Shown here one piece after another: positions 40,920 to 51,686 of a DNA stretch of 64,000 nucleotides. The notes below the pieces were generated by a model. It was not told the DNA's origin. It searched no databases and saw only the letters and a list, made by a program, of their open reading frames with translations. This DNA is from Alphaproteobacteria bacterium. GTDB lineage: Bacteria > Pseudomonadota > Alphaproteobacteria > UBA7887. Within the stretch, counting starts at the first letter, position 1. Each line of letters starts with the position of its first letter. Location: NCBI GenBank assembly GCA_965216755.1, contig CBDCGL010000011.1, positions 2,400,001-2,464,000 of the forward strand. Reading direction: 5' to 3'. The position numbers were made by a program, and so were the translations under genes.

Positions 40920-41086
40920 ACTTTGATCCCCCCTCGCGAACGCGCCGGATGTCGTGTTCAAGGTTGGTCCGTACGCGCGATCCGGCAACAAACTTAACAT
41001 ACGTGGGAGGGCAAACGGCGTGCCAGGGCTCCGACAGTGGCATGCGCGTTTCGCAATTGTGGGGCGCGACAATATCGGCCCGTTGC

Positions 41087-42715
41087 TTAGGCATGCGACA
41101 GGATCAAGTCCGCGCATTTTTCGCCGACCATGATGCTGGGCGTATTGGTGTTGCCCGACGGCATGGTTGGAAAGATCGAGGCATCGGCGACGCGCAGGCC
41201 TTGCATGCCATGCACCCGCAATCGATCGTCGACCACCGCGTCCTTGCCCGGTCCCATGCGGCAAGTGCCGATCGGGTGGTAGGCGGTCTCGGCGTTCGCG
41301 CGAAGCCAACTCTCGATCTTGTCGTCGGTATCGATCGTGGGCCCGGGCGAAAATTCTTCTCCGCTGTAAGCCGCCATCGCGGGCGCGTCGACGATTTGGC
41401 GTAACATCTTAAAACCTGCGTTGGTTGTATCTCGGTCGATGGGGTCGCTCAGGAAATTGAAGTGGATCGCCGGCTGCTCGCGCGGATCCGCAGACTGGAT
41501 ATGGACAGTGCCCAAACTTTCGGGACGCAATTGATAGCAGGCGGCGGTCATCGCCGCGAAATCGTGCAGCTTACGGTGCTTGGGATCTTTCACCGCGTAG
41601 GGAACGAAAAACATCTGCACATCAGGCGTTTCGAGCCCCGTGCGGGTTTTCAGGAACGCGGTCAGCGGGGCTGACGGTAGGCTCAGAAAACCGGTCGATG
41701 CGGTGACGTATTTGAACAGCTCGACGGCGCCACGAACGCCACGCACCCGCCCGTTGTACGACGCGCTTTCAGCCTTCACGCGCAATTGTAGCCGCGCGAT
41801 GATGTGGTCGCGGAGGTTCTCGCCGATGCCGGAAAGCGCGTGGCGTACGTCGATGCCGCATGCCCGCAATATCTCCGGCCTGCCGATGCCGGAGAGCTCA
41901 AGCAGCTGTGGCGAGGCGATGGCACCGCCGCAAAGAATAACTTCGCGCTCGGCACGCACCTCTTCGCTTTGGCCGCGTCGTGCATAGACGACGCCATGGC
42001 ACCGCAGGCCGTCGAGTATGAGCCGCCGGGCCTCAGCCTCGGTGACCACGTGCAGGTTTGGGCGCTTCATCGCGGGACGCAGATAGCAGTGCGCGGTGCT
42101 CATCCGCCGGCCGCGCCAAATGGTCGCCTGGGTCTTGGCGATTCCTTCCTGGTCCGGCCCATTATAGTCCGGGTTGCGGCGATGGCCGACTTGTTCGGCT
42201 GCGTTGAACAGCGCATCGTAGAGCGGATTTTTGTCGCCCACCTCGGATACCCCGAGCGGCCCACCTTTGCCCCGCACGCCGTCCACGGCTTTGTCATGAT
42301 TTTCCATGCGCCGAAATAGAGGCTCGACGTCCTGCCAGCTCCAGCCGCGATTGCCACGCTGCGCCCAGGTATCGTAGTCGAGGCTCTGACCGCGTACGTA
42401 GACCAGGCCATTGATAGACGACGAACCGCCAAGAAGTTTTCCGCGCGGCACCGGAATGACCCGGGTGTGGGTCCCATCTTCGGGCTCAGAACGATAGCGC
42501 CAGTTGACACCGGGGTGATCGATGAACAGCCCAAAGCTCACCGGTAGCCGCGCTAGGGGGTGTCCCGCTTTGCCCGCCTCGATCAGCAGCACCCGGTTGC
42601 CCGGCTTGGCGGTCAATCGATAGGCCAGCGCAGAGCCCGCCGAACCTGCTCCAACGATGACATAGTCGTAACGTGCGTCCGCCAAATCTCTCACTCCCAC
42701 CACACGTTTGGTCAC
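41087..42715 (-). CDS. GMC oxidoreductase (choline dehydrogenase-like)
   Basis: VGAGSAG, RGKLLGGSSSING, YHPIGTCRMG, SGNTN. Confidence 0.92.
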   Translation of the reverse strand: MTKRVVGVRDLADARYDYVIVGAGSAGSALAYRLTAKPGNRVLLIEAGKAGHPLARLPVSFGLFIDHPGVNWRYRSEPEDGTHTRVIPVPRGKLLGGSSSINGLVYVRGQSLDYDTWAQRGNRGWSWQDVEPLFRRMENHDKAVDGVRGKGGPLGVSEVGDKNPLYDALFNAAEQVGHRRNPDYNGPDQEGIAKTQATIWRGRRMSTAHCYLRPAMKRPNLHVVTEAEARRLILDGLRCHGVVYARRGQSEEVRAEREVILCGGAIASPQLLELSGIGRPEILRACGIDVRHALSGIGENLRDHIIARLQLRVKAESASYNGRVRGVRGAVELFKYVTASTGFLSLPSAPLTAFLKTRTGLETPDVQMFFVPYAVKDPKHRKLHDFAAMTAACYQLRPESLGTVHIQSADPREQPAIHFNFLSDPIDRDTTNAGFKMLRQIVDAPAMAAYSGEEFSPGPTIDTDDKIESWLRANAETAYHPIGTCRMGPGKDAVVDDRLRVHGMQGLRVADASIFPTMPSGNTNTPSIMVGEKCADLILSHA

Positions 42716-42878
42716 TCGACCATCGGATGCAACGAGCTTTTGCCAAGGTCAAGCGAAGCTCGCCAGTTTAGCAACTATGCTGCGGCCATGTGATAACCGA
42801 GGACCGAGCGCGGCCGGTACGTGCTTTGGCAGCGCAGCTGATCGTGCACCACCGAGCATTCACGAGAAGGGCCCGCAT

Positions 42879-43886
42879 ATGCAGATTGATGAAAACTGGC
42901 TCGCCCAACACACCGAGACAGCTCTTGAACCGGACCTGCCGATCATCGATCCGCACCATCACTTATGGGACCGACCGGGCGACCGGTACATGCTGCGTGA
43001 TCTGGTCGCCGACACCGGTTCCGGGCACAACATCACCGCCACCGTCTATGTCGAATGGAGCGCCATGTATTGCGCCGACGGTCCAGCCCACATGAAACCG
43101 ATCCGCGAAGTGGAATTCGCCAATGGGATCGCGGCCCAAAGCGCGCGTGGCGAGTTCGGACCAATCCGCGCTTGTCACGGCATTGTAGGCTATGCAGACA
43201 TGACCCGGGGCGCGGCGCTGGATGAGGTCTTGGCAGCGCAGATGGCCGCCGCGCCAACGCGCTTTCGTGGCATACGCCATTCAGTCTGCTGGGACCCGCA
43301 TGAGGATGTGCGGCCGGTCAAGGACCGGCCGCCGCACCTATACGCGGATCAAGCATTTCGCGCCGGTGTCGCGCGGCTCGGCGCCTTGGGGCTTAGCTTC
43401 GAGGCTTGGATGTATCATCACCAAATTGCCGAGCTCACCGAATTGGCACGCGCGATTCCCGACATCACAATCGTCTTGGACCATTTTGGCGGTCCGCTCG
43501 GGACCGGTCCCTATGCGGGCCAGCAAGAGTCGATCTTTCGCCAGTGGCAGGCAGATATTGCGGCCTTGGCCACATGTCCCAACGTGGTCGCGAAATTGGG
43601 TGGTATCAATATGGCGATCAACGGCTTCGGCTGGCACCTACGTGCGCACCCACCGAGCTCCGCGGAACTCGCCAGCGCAACCCGGCATTATTATTTGCAC
43701 AGCATCGATTGTTTCGGACCGGACCGATGCATGTTCGAAAGCAATTTCCCGGTCGATAAAATGTCCTGCAGCTATGCCGTTTTGTGGAACAGCTTCAAGT
43801 TGATGACCAAAGACTTCTCGGCAGCGGATCGGGCTGCCTTGTTTCACGATACGGCCGCGCGCGCCTACTGCCTAGATGGTGTATGA
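42879..43886 (+). CDS. Amidohydrolase_2 family protein (lactonase-like)
   Basis: IDPHHHLW, FRGIR, VLDH, MFESNFPVD. Confidence 0.88.
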   Translation: MQIDENWLAQHTETALEPDLPIIDPHHHLWDRPGDRYMLRDLVADTGSGHNITATVYVEWSAMYCADGPAHMKPIREVEFANGIAAQSARGEFGPIRACHGIVGYADMTRGAALDEVLAAQMAAAPTRFRGIRHSVCWDPHEDVRPVKDRPPHLYADQAFRAGVARLGALGLSFEAWMYHHQIAELTELARAIPDITIVLDHFGGPLGTGPYAGQQESIFRQWQADIAALATCPNVVAKLGGINMAINGFGWHLRAHPPSSAELASATRHYYLHSIDCFGPDRCMFESNFPVDKMSCSYAVLWNSFKLMTKDFSAADRAALFHDTAARAYCLDGV

Positions 43887-43955
43887 TCCGGCCCATGGCG
43901 TAGCGTCGCCGTGGTCACCAGAGAAAACCGCGAGTAAGTCGGGCGGATGTCGGGC

Positions 43956-45236
43956 TCAAGCGAAAGTCATTGCCACCGGCTCGCCGGTGATCTCGAGGCG
44001 CGAATGCGCAGCGACTTCGTCGCGCATGGGCTCGGAAACGTGAATGTCCACGAGGTCCAGCGTGTTTTTGATGCGAACGATACGTGCCGCCAGTGGCTCT
44101 CTGTTGCGCAAGGTCCTTATGGCTAGGCGGACAGCGGCCGCGCCATCAGCCATCGCGATCGGGATCTTCACGGCTTCGAGATAGGTCGAGGCCACGAGGT
44201 TTGAGTAGGTCACGCCGAAGTCCACACGGTCGAACAGACGCTGCGTGATAATGTCGGCGGCGGCGATACCCGCTGCGTTTCCCTTGGTCGCATCGGTCAG
44301 GTCGAGAAACACCATCTTGGCGACGCGTGGCTTGTTGAAACCGGGGGCGCCGCGTGCGCTGCGACCGGTGACGTTGGCGTCGGCACCGCCACCCGAGATG
44401 TTCTTGCCGATCTCGTCGACCACCAGCACGTCAATATCCTCAAAGAACAGACGCGCCATCAGCTCCTTCGCTCGGCTTTGCAGCTGGCGCTCGCGCGCGA
44501 ACAAGGTTTCTCCGGTCATCGCCTCGACAATTGCCGTGGTGTCGAAAGCATCCTCCACCAGGCCAATGCCGAAAAGGAAAGGGATGTGGCCCATCAGTGC
44601 CTCGGCAGCGTCGGGGATATCGGTGCCGAAGTCGTCCAAGGGATAGCCACGATGAATAGCGCTGGCGCCGGCGATCTTGCCCATGCCGATGACCATCATT
44701 TTCATCACGCCGCTTTCCACCGGCCCACGATAGGCCGGGTGAGGCTTGACCCGATTGATGCAGACGACGCCGTCTGCCTGGTGCGCGTACTTGTCCATGT
44801 GGATGGGCACGCCATGCGCCGTTTCGGCGACCACCACCGTCTCCATGGTGGCACGCACCGGCGCGCCGGTCTCAGACTCGGTGATGCCATAGCCGGCGAG
44901 TAATCCGGCCTGCGCCTCGGCGTCGCCGCCGCCGTGGCTGCCCATGGCGGGAAAGACGAAGGGCGATGCGCCCCGCGACTTGAGTTCGGCCACAAGTGCT
45001 TTGACGGCGATATCGATGTTCGCGACGCCGCGACTGCCGACGCCGATAGCGATGCTCGCACCTGCGGAAATGGTGGCGGCAATCTCAGGCTTGGCAAGCT
45101 CGGCGCGCACGGCAGCGGCGACGTCGTCAATGGTGTGGCGCGCGAAGCGCTGGCGCACGGTAAACATGCGCGGTACGGCAAAATCGAGACCGCCGGGAAT
45201 GTTGATTTTGGCTTGCGAAATGGAGCCCAACGGCAT
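43956..45236 (-). CDS. LarA-like lactate racemase domain protein
   Basis: GSRGVAN, PAMGSHGG, NRVKPH, GKNISG. Confidence 0.75.
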   Translation of the reverse strand: MPLGSISQAKINIPGGLDFAVPRMFTVRQRFARHTIDDVAAAVRAELAKPEIAATISAGASIAIGVGSRGVANIDIAVKALVAELKSRGASPFVFPAMGSHGGGDAEAQAGLLAGYGITESETGAPVRATMETVVVAETAHGVPIHMDKYAHQADGVVCINRVKPHPAYRGPVESGVMKMMVIGMGKIAGASAIHRGYPLDDFGTDIPDAAEALMGHIPFLFGIGLVEDAFDTTAIVEAMTGETLFARERQLQSRAKELMARLFFEDIDVLVVDEIGKNISGGGADANVTGRSARGAPGFNKPRVAKMVFLDLTDATKGNAAGIAAADIITQRLFDRVDFGVTYSNLVASTYLEAVKIPIAMADGAAAVRLAIRTLRNREPLAARIVRIKNTLDLVDIHVSEPMRDEVAAHSRLEITGEPVAMTFA

Positions 45237-45741
45237 CAGCGGTCTCCTCACGGATCACGGCCATTACATATGGCACGTGTCGGAGCGTTCAAGGCGCGTA
45301 CAACCCGTGCAGCCAGCCGGAGGGGCAAAGGCTCTTCACGGTGGCTAACGTGAGCTGGCGCGGTCGCTCGCGTCGCGGAATCAGACTGATCGAACATCGG
45401 GCGCAGACGGGCGCAGACGGGCGCAAGCGATTGAGGTCAACGCAGGCCGGCAGACAACGCACGCAGGAACACAACCCACTGAAGCGGTGGTTCTGCCACA
45501 ATATTGTTGGGGAATGCCGCGGCGTCGGCGCCCATTGCGATCGGTACATTCCAAACATCCAATGCGGCCAAAACCGAGGTTCAGGCGCCGTAGTCGTTTG
45601 GGCCGCTTGGAATCATTTCCCGCTGTCAGAGCAGCGACCGATGCACGTCCGGTAGCAGCTGAACGAAAGACGTTTCAGTAGCTTACGTCGGCTTGTCGGT
45701 GGAATCCGGATGTGTGAGCCAGGGCCCAAGTGAGTAGGCCC

Positions 45742-46205
45742 CTAGAGCGCGTTCCGAGCATATTGAATTAATTCTGTTTGCGGTCCGGCGCGGTGGTCCA
45801 CACAAAGGGCGCCGCAACGCGCCGCTCGTGTCCCGAAACCGCAGTTCGTCACGTCTGACCCCAGGCACCTTACGAACTTCGGTTTCGTCAGGACACGAGC
45901 CGAATATTTGGATCTCGTGCGGTTCACGGATCGAACGTTCGCTCTGGTGCTCGCTGCGAGATCAAGCGAACGTCCGATCCACCGCACGCGCGCATCGGGC
46001 AAGTCGGCCGACCAATGTGGTCGTCCACATGGATTCCCATTGGGGGACGCCTGCCGGTCGCAAACCCGCAGGGCCGGGCGATTTTGTGACAATCGCGACG
46101 ACGCTGTCCGTAGCCGTATGCCCGATACGGCCTGCGGACATCGACTTGATCTTGTCACAAAATCGCTTCGGCAGGATGGTTCAATATGCTCGGAACGTGC
46201 TCTAG
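45742..46205. mobile_element. MITE-like element (464 bp) bounded by 26-bp inverted repeats
   Basis: CTAGAGCGCGTTCCGAGCATATTGAA ... TTCAATATGCTCGGAACGTGCTCTAG (25/26 match); no transposase. Confidence 0.75.
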
Positions 46206-46229
46206 CCAAGGGGAGATATCAACAGCCTG

Positions 46230-46454
46230 TCATCGGCAGCAACTCGTTCCCGCCTGAATTGGCGGACAAGGCACCGTCCCATACGAACAGAAGACACAGC
46301 AATCCCCAGCTTTCGGCTTCAACAGAGCCCCACACCCTTCGCAATCGTAGAACCACTGACACGAATCCGTGGGCATGACCTCCTGCTTACGATGGCCGCA
46401 TTCGGGACACGTCACCGTGGATTTCAATTCGACGTGGCTATCTGCCGCTTCCAT
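46230..46454 (-). CDS. GDCCVxC-domain protein
   Basis: TCPECG, CEGCG, GDCCVFCSYG..PCPPIQ. Confidence 0.85.
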   Translation of the reverse strand: MEAADSHVELKSTVTCPECGHRKQEVMPTDSCQWFYDCEGCGALLKPKAGDCCVFCSYGTVPCPPIQAGTSCCR

Positions 46455-46636
46455 AGCACATAAACCCTTAACCAGATGAACAATACAAGCGCCGGCATCA
46501 GGACGTCGTCGATCCAACCGAGGACCCGGGACACGCCGACGGCGGTCGGCAGGACGACCCGCAACGGCGTGAAGCAGCAGAGGGTCGCAACCACTTTGGC
46601 GACGATGCCGACACCCAGAAGCGTCGAGATTCGCAT
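46424..46636 (-). CDS. merF: MerF-like mercury transporter, degenerate
   Basis: LCCFTP and W.D.VL.PAL; charged or Pro residues within TM segments; no C-terminal Cys pair. Confidence 0.65.
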   Translation of the reverse strand: MRISTLLGVGIVAKVVATLCCFTPLRVVLPTAVGVSRVLGWIDDVLMPALVLFIWLRVYVLWKRQIATSN

Positions 46637-46644
46637 CCGGTGGG

Positions 46645-47043
46645 TTACAGGTGTCGCGAACGGGCTGACGCCAACCAATGAGACAGGCCAACCACGGCGC
46701 CACCATAGATCAAAAACCCGGATAAAGGTCCCGCGAATTCGTATAGCTCGTGATCTGACTTCCACGTGTGGCCCACCGCGTGGGCTATGAGAATTGCATC
46801 GACAACTATCTGGCTAGCGCGCCTGAGACTCGGTGACCGATGACCGGTTAGCCAGAAGATAACGAAAAACAGTGGGATGTGGCCGACCACGAACACTGTC
46901 TGCCCGGTCTCATCTGGGAGCAACTCCAGTAGCGGTAGAAGACGCCATTCATGACGCGCCATTGCGTCAAGTTCGTGACACGCGAGAAGCGAAAGTCCCA
47001 GATAGAACAGGACATGTTTCCAATCACTGTGGTCGCGTTCCAT
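46645..47043 (-). CDS. DUF6713-like membrane protein
   Basis: HELDAM..HEWRLLP, GHIPLF. Confidence 0.6.
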   Translation of the reverse strand: MERDHSDWKHVLFYLGLSLLACHELDAMARHEWRLLPLLELLPDETGQTVFVVGHIPLFFVIFWLTGHRSPSLRRASQIVVDAILIAHAVGHTWKSDHELYEFAGPLSGFLIYGGAVVGLSHWLASARSRHL

Positions 47044-47475
47044 TCTTACTCTCTACCCTTGTGGCGCTCAAAGCCGGCAATAAGCTAGGGGCGTCATCTA
47101 GGCAACGTCTGGAATTGAGCAGGATTCTCCAACACGTGCCGTGGCTTGATGGTTGAGCGGGCGCGGTCGCGGCAGATGTTGGAGAACCCTTTACATGTTC
47201 GGCTGCCCCGTGAAGCTTTGGATAAAGACCGCAGTTGATACTGAAGCGGCCGATCCATGAACGCGCCCTGGGTCAAATTGGGATTCATGCAACCTCATCA
47301 AGGGTGCTTTGTGCAGTCGAACATAAGGCCCTCTCCAGCAGCATGCGAGCCAAGAATGCCGCCGCGTGTCCCCATTGCCCTATAATCGTGGCGAGCCATG
47401 AAAGGACATAGACCAGCGAATGCCGGGAACCGTCGCCAATTGAGGCAACCACTTCATGCTTGGGAGGCGTAGACC

Positions 47476-47808
47476 GTGACGGAAGAAGACGAAGTACTGA
47501 TTGCTCGAATCCGCCCGATCCTGAAGCACCACAAGGGATACTCCGAGAAGAAGATGTTCGGGGGCGTTTGTTTCATGATCAACGGCAACATGTGCGCCGG
47601 ACCTTGGAAGGGTTCGCTGATAGTGCGGCTGGACAAGCAAAACCACGCCGAAACCCAATCGGAGCCGCACGTGAAGCCGATGGACATCACCGGCAAGGTC
47701 ATGCGCGGTTGGGCGTTGGTTGAGCCGCCTGGGATCAGTTCAGATCACGCCCTCAAGGTGTGGCTACAGCGAGCAGTCAAGTTCGCCCAATCGTTGCCAC
47801 CCAAATGA
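47476..47808 (+). CDS. TfoX N-terminal domain protein
   Basis: EKKMFGGVCFMINGNM, MRGW. Confidence 0.8.
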   Translation: MTEEDEVLIARIRPILKHHKGYSEKKMFGGVCFMINGNMCAGPWKGSLIVRLDKQNHAETQSEPHVKPMDITGKVMRGWALVEPPGISSDHALKVWLQRAVKFAQSLPPK

Positions 47809-47888
47809 TCGTGCGTTTGTCGGGCGGTGGCGGCGAAAGAGCCTGAACGGCACTGCCGATTGTGCGAAATCTCACCCAGGCGGAGATA

Positions 47889-48416
47889 TTATGGCGCCGG
47901 GGAACCGTCCACGATCAGCGCGTCCAGAGCTTCAAGCTCTGCGGCGCGCGGTGGTTGCCACCTTGCTTCAAAGAAATCGAAGATTGGCCTTGGTATGGTC
48001 AATCCGCCGAGCTCGTTAGCTGTTCGATTACGTTCCTCAACACGCCTCCATCTTTCCGCAGGATCAACTTTCAAATAGTGCAGTTTGATCCCCGCTCCCC
48101 GCTTTCGGATGGCCGCGGCAACTTCCGCCCGGCGTTTCGCTTGGGCAAGACCAATTTCAATGACCGAGGACGAACCCGTGTTTGCCAACTCCAGAGCGGT
48201 TTCCAGTATTCTGTTTTCACAACGTGTGGCGCGTTCGCTGATCCAGTCCCAGTCTGTGGGATCATTGAGGTCCGGGCCGAACAGGCCGACCATCCAGTCG
48301 TCCAGCGTAAACCGGACAATGTTCATGTCCTTGCTGATGCATTCCGCATACGTCGTTTTTCCAGCACCAATTGATCCGCAGATGAGGTGAATTGTTGCCA
48401 GTTCTGATCGTTTCAT
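47889..48416 (-). CDS. P-loop kinase (AAA_33-like)
   Basis: CGSIGAGKTT, LDDWM, RVEERN. Confidence 0.8.
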   Translation of the reverse strand: MKRSELATIHLICGSIGAGKTTYAECISKDMNIVRFTLDDWMVGLFGPDLNDPTDWDWISERATRCENRILETALELANTGSSSVIEIGLAQAKRRAEVAAAIRKRGAGIKLHYLKVDPAERWRRVEERNRTANELGGLTIPRPIFDFFEARWQPPRAAELEALDALIVDGSPAP

Positions 48417-48949
48417 AGAATTTCTTTTTCAATCCTTGCACACAAAGCCCGGTCAACTTAGCAGAGAGAAGGACTGCGTTCCCAGCCAAGTGAACACGCT
48501 TGGTCAGCGAAAGATACGAACGAACGCCTGGGCCGCTTTGCATCAGATCCGGAGGTCAGGTCGGAGTGCGCGACGAGTCGGCTATCGGCGCTTGAGCGGC
48601 CGAGACCCCGGAAAACCCGACTTTCGAAGTCCGAAGTCGACTGTCTGGCGCCTGGCAGAAGCAGCACAAGATAACAGCACACAGCCGGCAGCTGTCATTT
48701 CTCGCCGTCGGCTGGCATCTCGCGCGACGTCCCCGGGCAAGGTCGATCAAATCGGGCCGAATGTCAGATCTTGGGGCGAATATGGAATTTGTATCAAACG
48801 CTTACGGACTCCTCGGAATAGCCGGCCCCATCCTTTGATATCACGCCTGTTGAATTGCTTTTCGCCTTCCGTAGATTGCGAACCACTAAACAGCGGACCA
48901 GGGAGGGGCGCGCGTTGCATCGTCGAGCGGGCGCCAGGGCCGAACCTTC

Positions 48950-49868
48950 GTGATGAACGAACCCCTCGCCACGCCCCGGCAAGATCTCACCCACGCCGCA
49001 ATTCCGGCGTTGTTTCTGATGTTGTGGAGCAGCGGCTTCATCGCCGCCAAGATCGGGCTCGCCCACGCCGAGACCCTAACCTTCTTGGGTTTGCGCTATG
49101 CCCTAGCCACGCTGCTGATGACTGCCGTCGCCATCGCCATGCGCGCGCCAAGACCGAAGAGCTGGCGCGACGCCGGCCATATCGCCATCGCCGGTGCCAT
49201 GCTCCAGGCGATTTACTTCGGCGGTGTCTGGCTGGCCTTGGGAAACGGCGTTGGCGCCGGTGTCGCAGCACTAATCGTTTGCCTGCAACCAGTGGTCACC
49301 GCCGCCCTTGTCGGCCCCATGCTCGGCGAGCGGGTGTCGCCGCGCCAGTGGCTTGGCCTGGTTCTGGGTATCGTTGGCGTTGCCCTGGCGGTGGCCCGCA
49401 AACTGGCGCTTGATCCGGGCAGCGCGGAGGGCATGGCTTGGGCCTTCGTCGGGCTGCTCAGCATCACATTCGGAACCCTTTACCAGAAGAAGTTTTTGCG
49501 CCCAGATGGATCCACGCTCGGGCACCGCCCTGCAGTTCTTCGTGGCGACGCTGCTAATAGTTCCGTTAGCGCTGATCTTCGAGGACGGGGTGATCCACTG
49601 GACGCCGGCGTTCATCGCTTCGTTGGCCTATGTGGCCGTGTTCCTGTCGCTGATCTCGATGATCCTGCGAACCGTGATGATCCGTCGCGGAGAGATCTCG
49701 CGCATGACCAGCCTGTTCTTCCTGGTGCCGCCGGTGGCCACGCTGTTGGCGTATCTGGTTCTCGATGAACCGGTGGGACCGACGGCACTCACCGGCATGG
49801 CGGTCGCGATCGCCGGCGTCGCCCTGGTCATGGCACCTGTGGGGAAGGGCCGTCAGACTGCTCGTTGA
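48950..49868 (+). pseudogene. EamA/DMT transporter with single-base frameshift
   Basis: LWSSGFI...GTLYQKKF in one frame, CAQMDPR...LFFLVPP in another; junction at T5 run 49493-49497. Confidence 0.82.
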
Positions 49869-50257
49869 TCGTCGTCCTGGGGGCGGAACGACTTAAGCGG
49901 CGAACGCCGACAGTATGCGGGCGGAACGACGAAGTTGGTCCAAGATTTCCCCGGATTCTGCCGTCTCTGACACTTCTTGGCCTATGCCATTTCTAGCCGG
50001 GGCTGGCGAAAATGTTGCTTCTGCGGGTTCTTTGGCTGTGAATCCCTCCTATACGGGTGACAGGATGGGCCGCGGCGAAGATGGCGCGGCTGGATGTTGG
50101 GGAGAAGTAGCGGCTTTGCCACTTTCATTTCGATGACCAGATCCGCGGCCAAGTTCCGGCACGCAAGCTTGATACCGTGTCGGATTTCGATAGGATCCGC
50201 GCTCCACCAACGCACTGGCGCCTATGCCCCGAAAGATCTGACGAAGAAGACCTGCCG

Positions 50258-51379
50258 ATGACAAAAATCGATCTCTTCACGCCGATGACCATTGGCGGAC
50301 TTCCGCTCTCACACCGCGTTGTGATGGCACCGCTCACACGCATGCGCGCCACGGTACCCGGACACATCGCCAACGAGATGATGGCAACCTACTATGCCCA
50401 GCGCGCGAGCCGTGGCGGGTTGATTATCGCCGAAGCCTCGCAGGTTTCGGCGGATGGCCGTGGCGCGCCATGTACGCCCGGCACCCATTCGCCGGCGCAA
50501 GCCGCGGGCTGGAAGCGGGTCAGCGACGCCGTGCATGCCAAAGACGGAAAGATCTACTTGCAGCTCTGGCATATGGGCCGATTGTCTCATCCTTCGCACC
50601 AGCCCGACGGCGGACTGCCGATCGCGCCGTCGGCGGTGGCTGCCAACTTCGAGATTACCACGCCCGATTTCAAACGCGTGCCCTGCCCGACGCCACGCGC
50701 CCTTGAGACAACGGAGATCCCCGGCGTTATCGAGCGCTATGTCCATGCCGCCCACTGCGCCCTGGAAGCTGGCTTTGACGGCGTCGAAATCCATTCGGCG
50801 AACGGCTATCTGCTGGAGCAGTTCCTTCAGTCACGAACCAACCGCCGCAACGACGGCTATGGCGGCTCGATCGAAAACCGTTGTCGCCTTGTGTTGGAGA
50901 TTACGCAGGCGGTTGCCGCGGTGTGGGGGGCGAACCGGGTCGGTATACGCTTGTCGCCATTCGGCATTGCCAACGACAGTGGCGAGGACGAGCCATTGCC
51001 GCTCTACGCGTATCTCATCCGCGCGCTCGACAAATTCGGCCTGGCGTATCTCCACCTGATCGAGCCACGGGCCAGCGGCGCCGGCCAACGCGAGGTGGAT
51101 CACAAGAATGTGCCATCGGCGGCGGAGCTCTTCCGTCCGATGTGGCAAGGCCCGCTGATTGCGGCGGGCAATTTCCGCGGCGACAGCGCCAACGCAATGT
51201 TGGCAAAGGGTGATGCTGACGCGATCGCGTTCGGCCGCTTCTTCATCTCTAACCCCGACCTCCCCGAGCGACTGCGCGTAAGTGCTGCCCTGAATCCGTA
51301 CGATCGCGCGACATTCTACAGCCGCGGACCGAAAGGTTATCTCGACTATCCAACAATGGATGCGTCTGCGGCAGACTAA
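50258..51379 (+). CDS. Old yellow enzyme / alkene reductase (NemA-like)
   Basis: MAPLTRMRA, QLWHMGR, EIHSANGYL, FGRFFISNPDL. Confidence 0.92.
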   Translation: MTKIDLFTPMTIGGLPLSHRVVMAPLTRMRATVPGHIANEMMATYYAQRASRGGLIIAEASQVSADGRGAPCTPGTHSPAQAAGWKRVSDAVHAKDGKIYLQLWHMGRLSHPSHQPDGGLPIAPSAVAANFEITTPDFKRVPCPTPRALETTEIPGVIERYVHAAHCALEAGFDGVEIHSANGYLLEQFLQSRTNRRNDGYGGSIENRCRLVLEITQAVAAVWGANRVGIRLSPFGIANDSGEDEPLPLYAYLIRALDKFGLAYLHLIEPRASGAGQREVDHKNVPSAAELFRPMWQGPLIAAGNFRGDSANAMLAKGDADAIAFGRFFISNPDLPERLRVSAALNPYDRATFYSRGPKGYLDYPTMDASAAD

Positions 51380-51500
51380 ACCGAAGGCAAAGATGGCCAA
51401 CGCGATGCCGATCCGATGCCGGCGGCTCTTGCGCCCGAACCCCTTGGCCGAGGACGATGGCCTGGCCCGCAAGAACACCGGCCAACCGCACGAACCTGCC

Positions 51501-51686
51501 TCAGCCGGCGTCGAACCTCGCTTTGTTGTCAGCCATCCAATTGGCCATGTCCTGCGCCGTCTTGGTATTGTCACGAATTACATCGGCATGTGCTTCAACG
51601 TAATGTGGTTTAAGCGCCGCTAGCCATTCTTCGAACGTTGCCCCTTGGGCCTCGTGATTACAGAGGTCGCATTTGACGGTCTTCAT
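51501..51686 (-). CDS. Small putative metal-binding protein
   Basis: CDLC and H..EAH; AGGA RBS. Confidence 0.55.
   Translation of the reverse strand: MKTVKCDLCNHEAQGATFEEWLAALKPHYVEAHADVIRDNTKTAQDMANWMADNKARFDAG

Noticed and set aside
45398-45425. CGGGCGCAGA tandem repeat (~2.7 copies)
   Set aside because: Short intergenic duplication with no supporting context
46032-46051. GATTCCCATTGGGGGACGCC as a second, older attR of tRNA-Glu
   Set aside because: Needs mismatches and a gap, lies inside the MITE-like element and has no arm repeats; chance is plausible in GC-rich DNA
46230-46454. Selenocysteine in the GDCCVxC protein
   Set aside because: All motif positions are Cys codons; the only in-frame TGA is the terminal stop
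48436-48949. 5' part of the 325-aa ORF 48436-49413
   Set aside because: Arg/Pro-rich off-frame composition, overlapping the DMT gene; no recognisable domain
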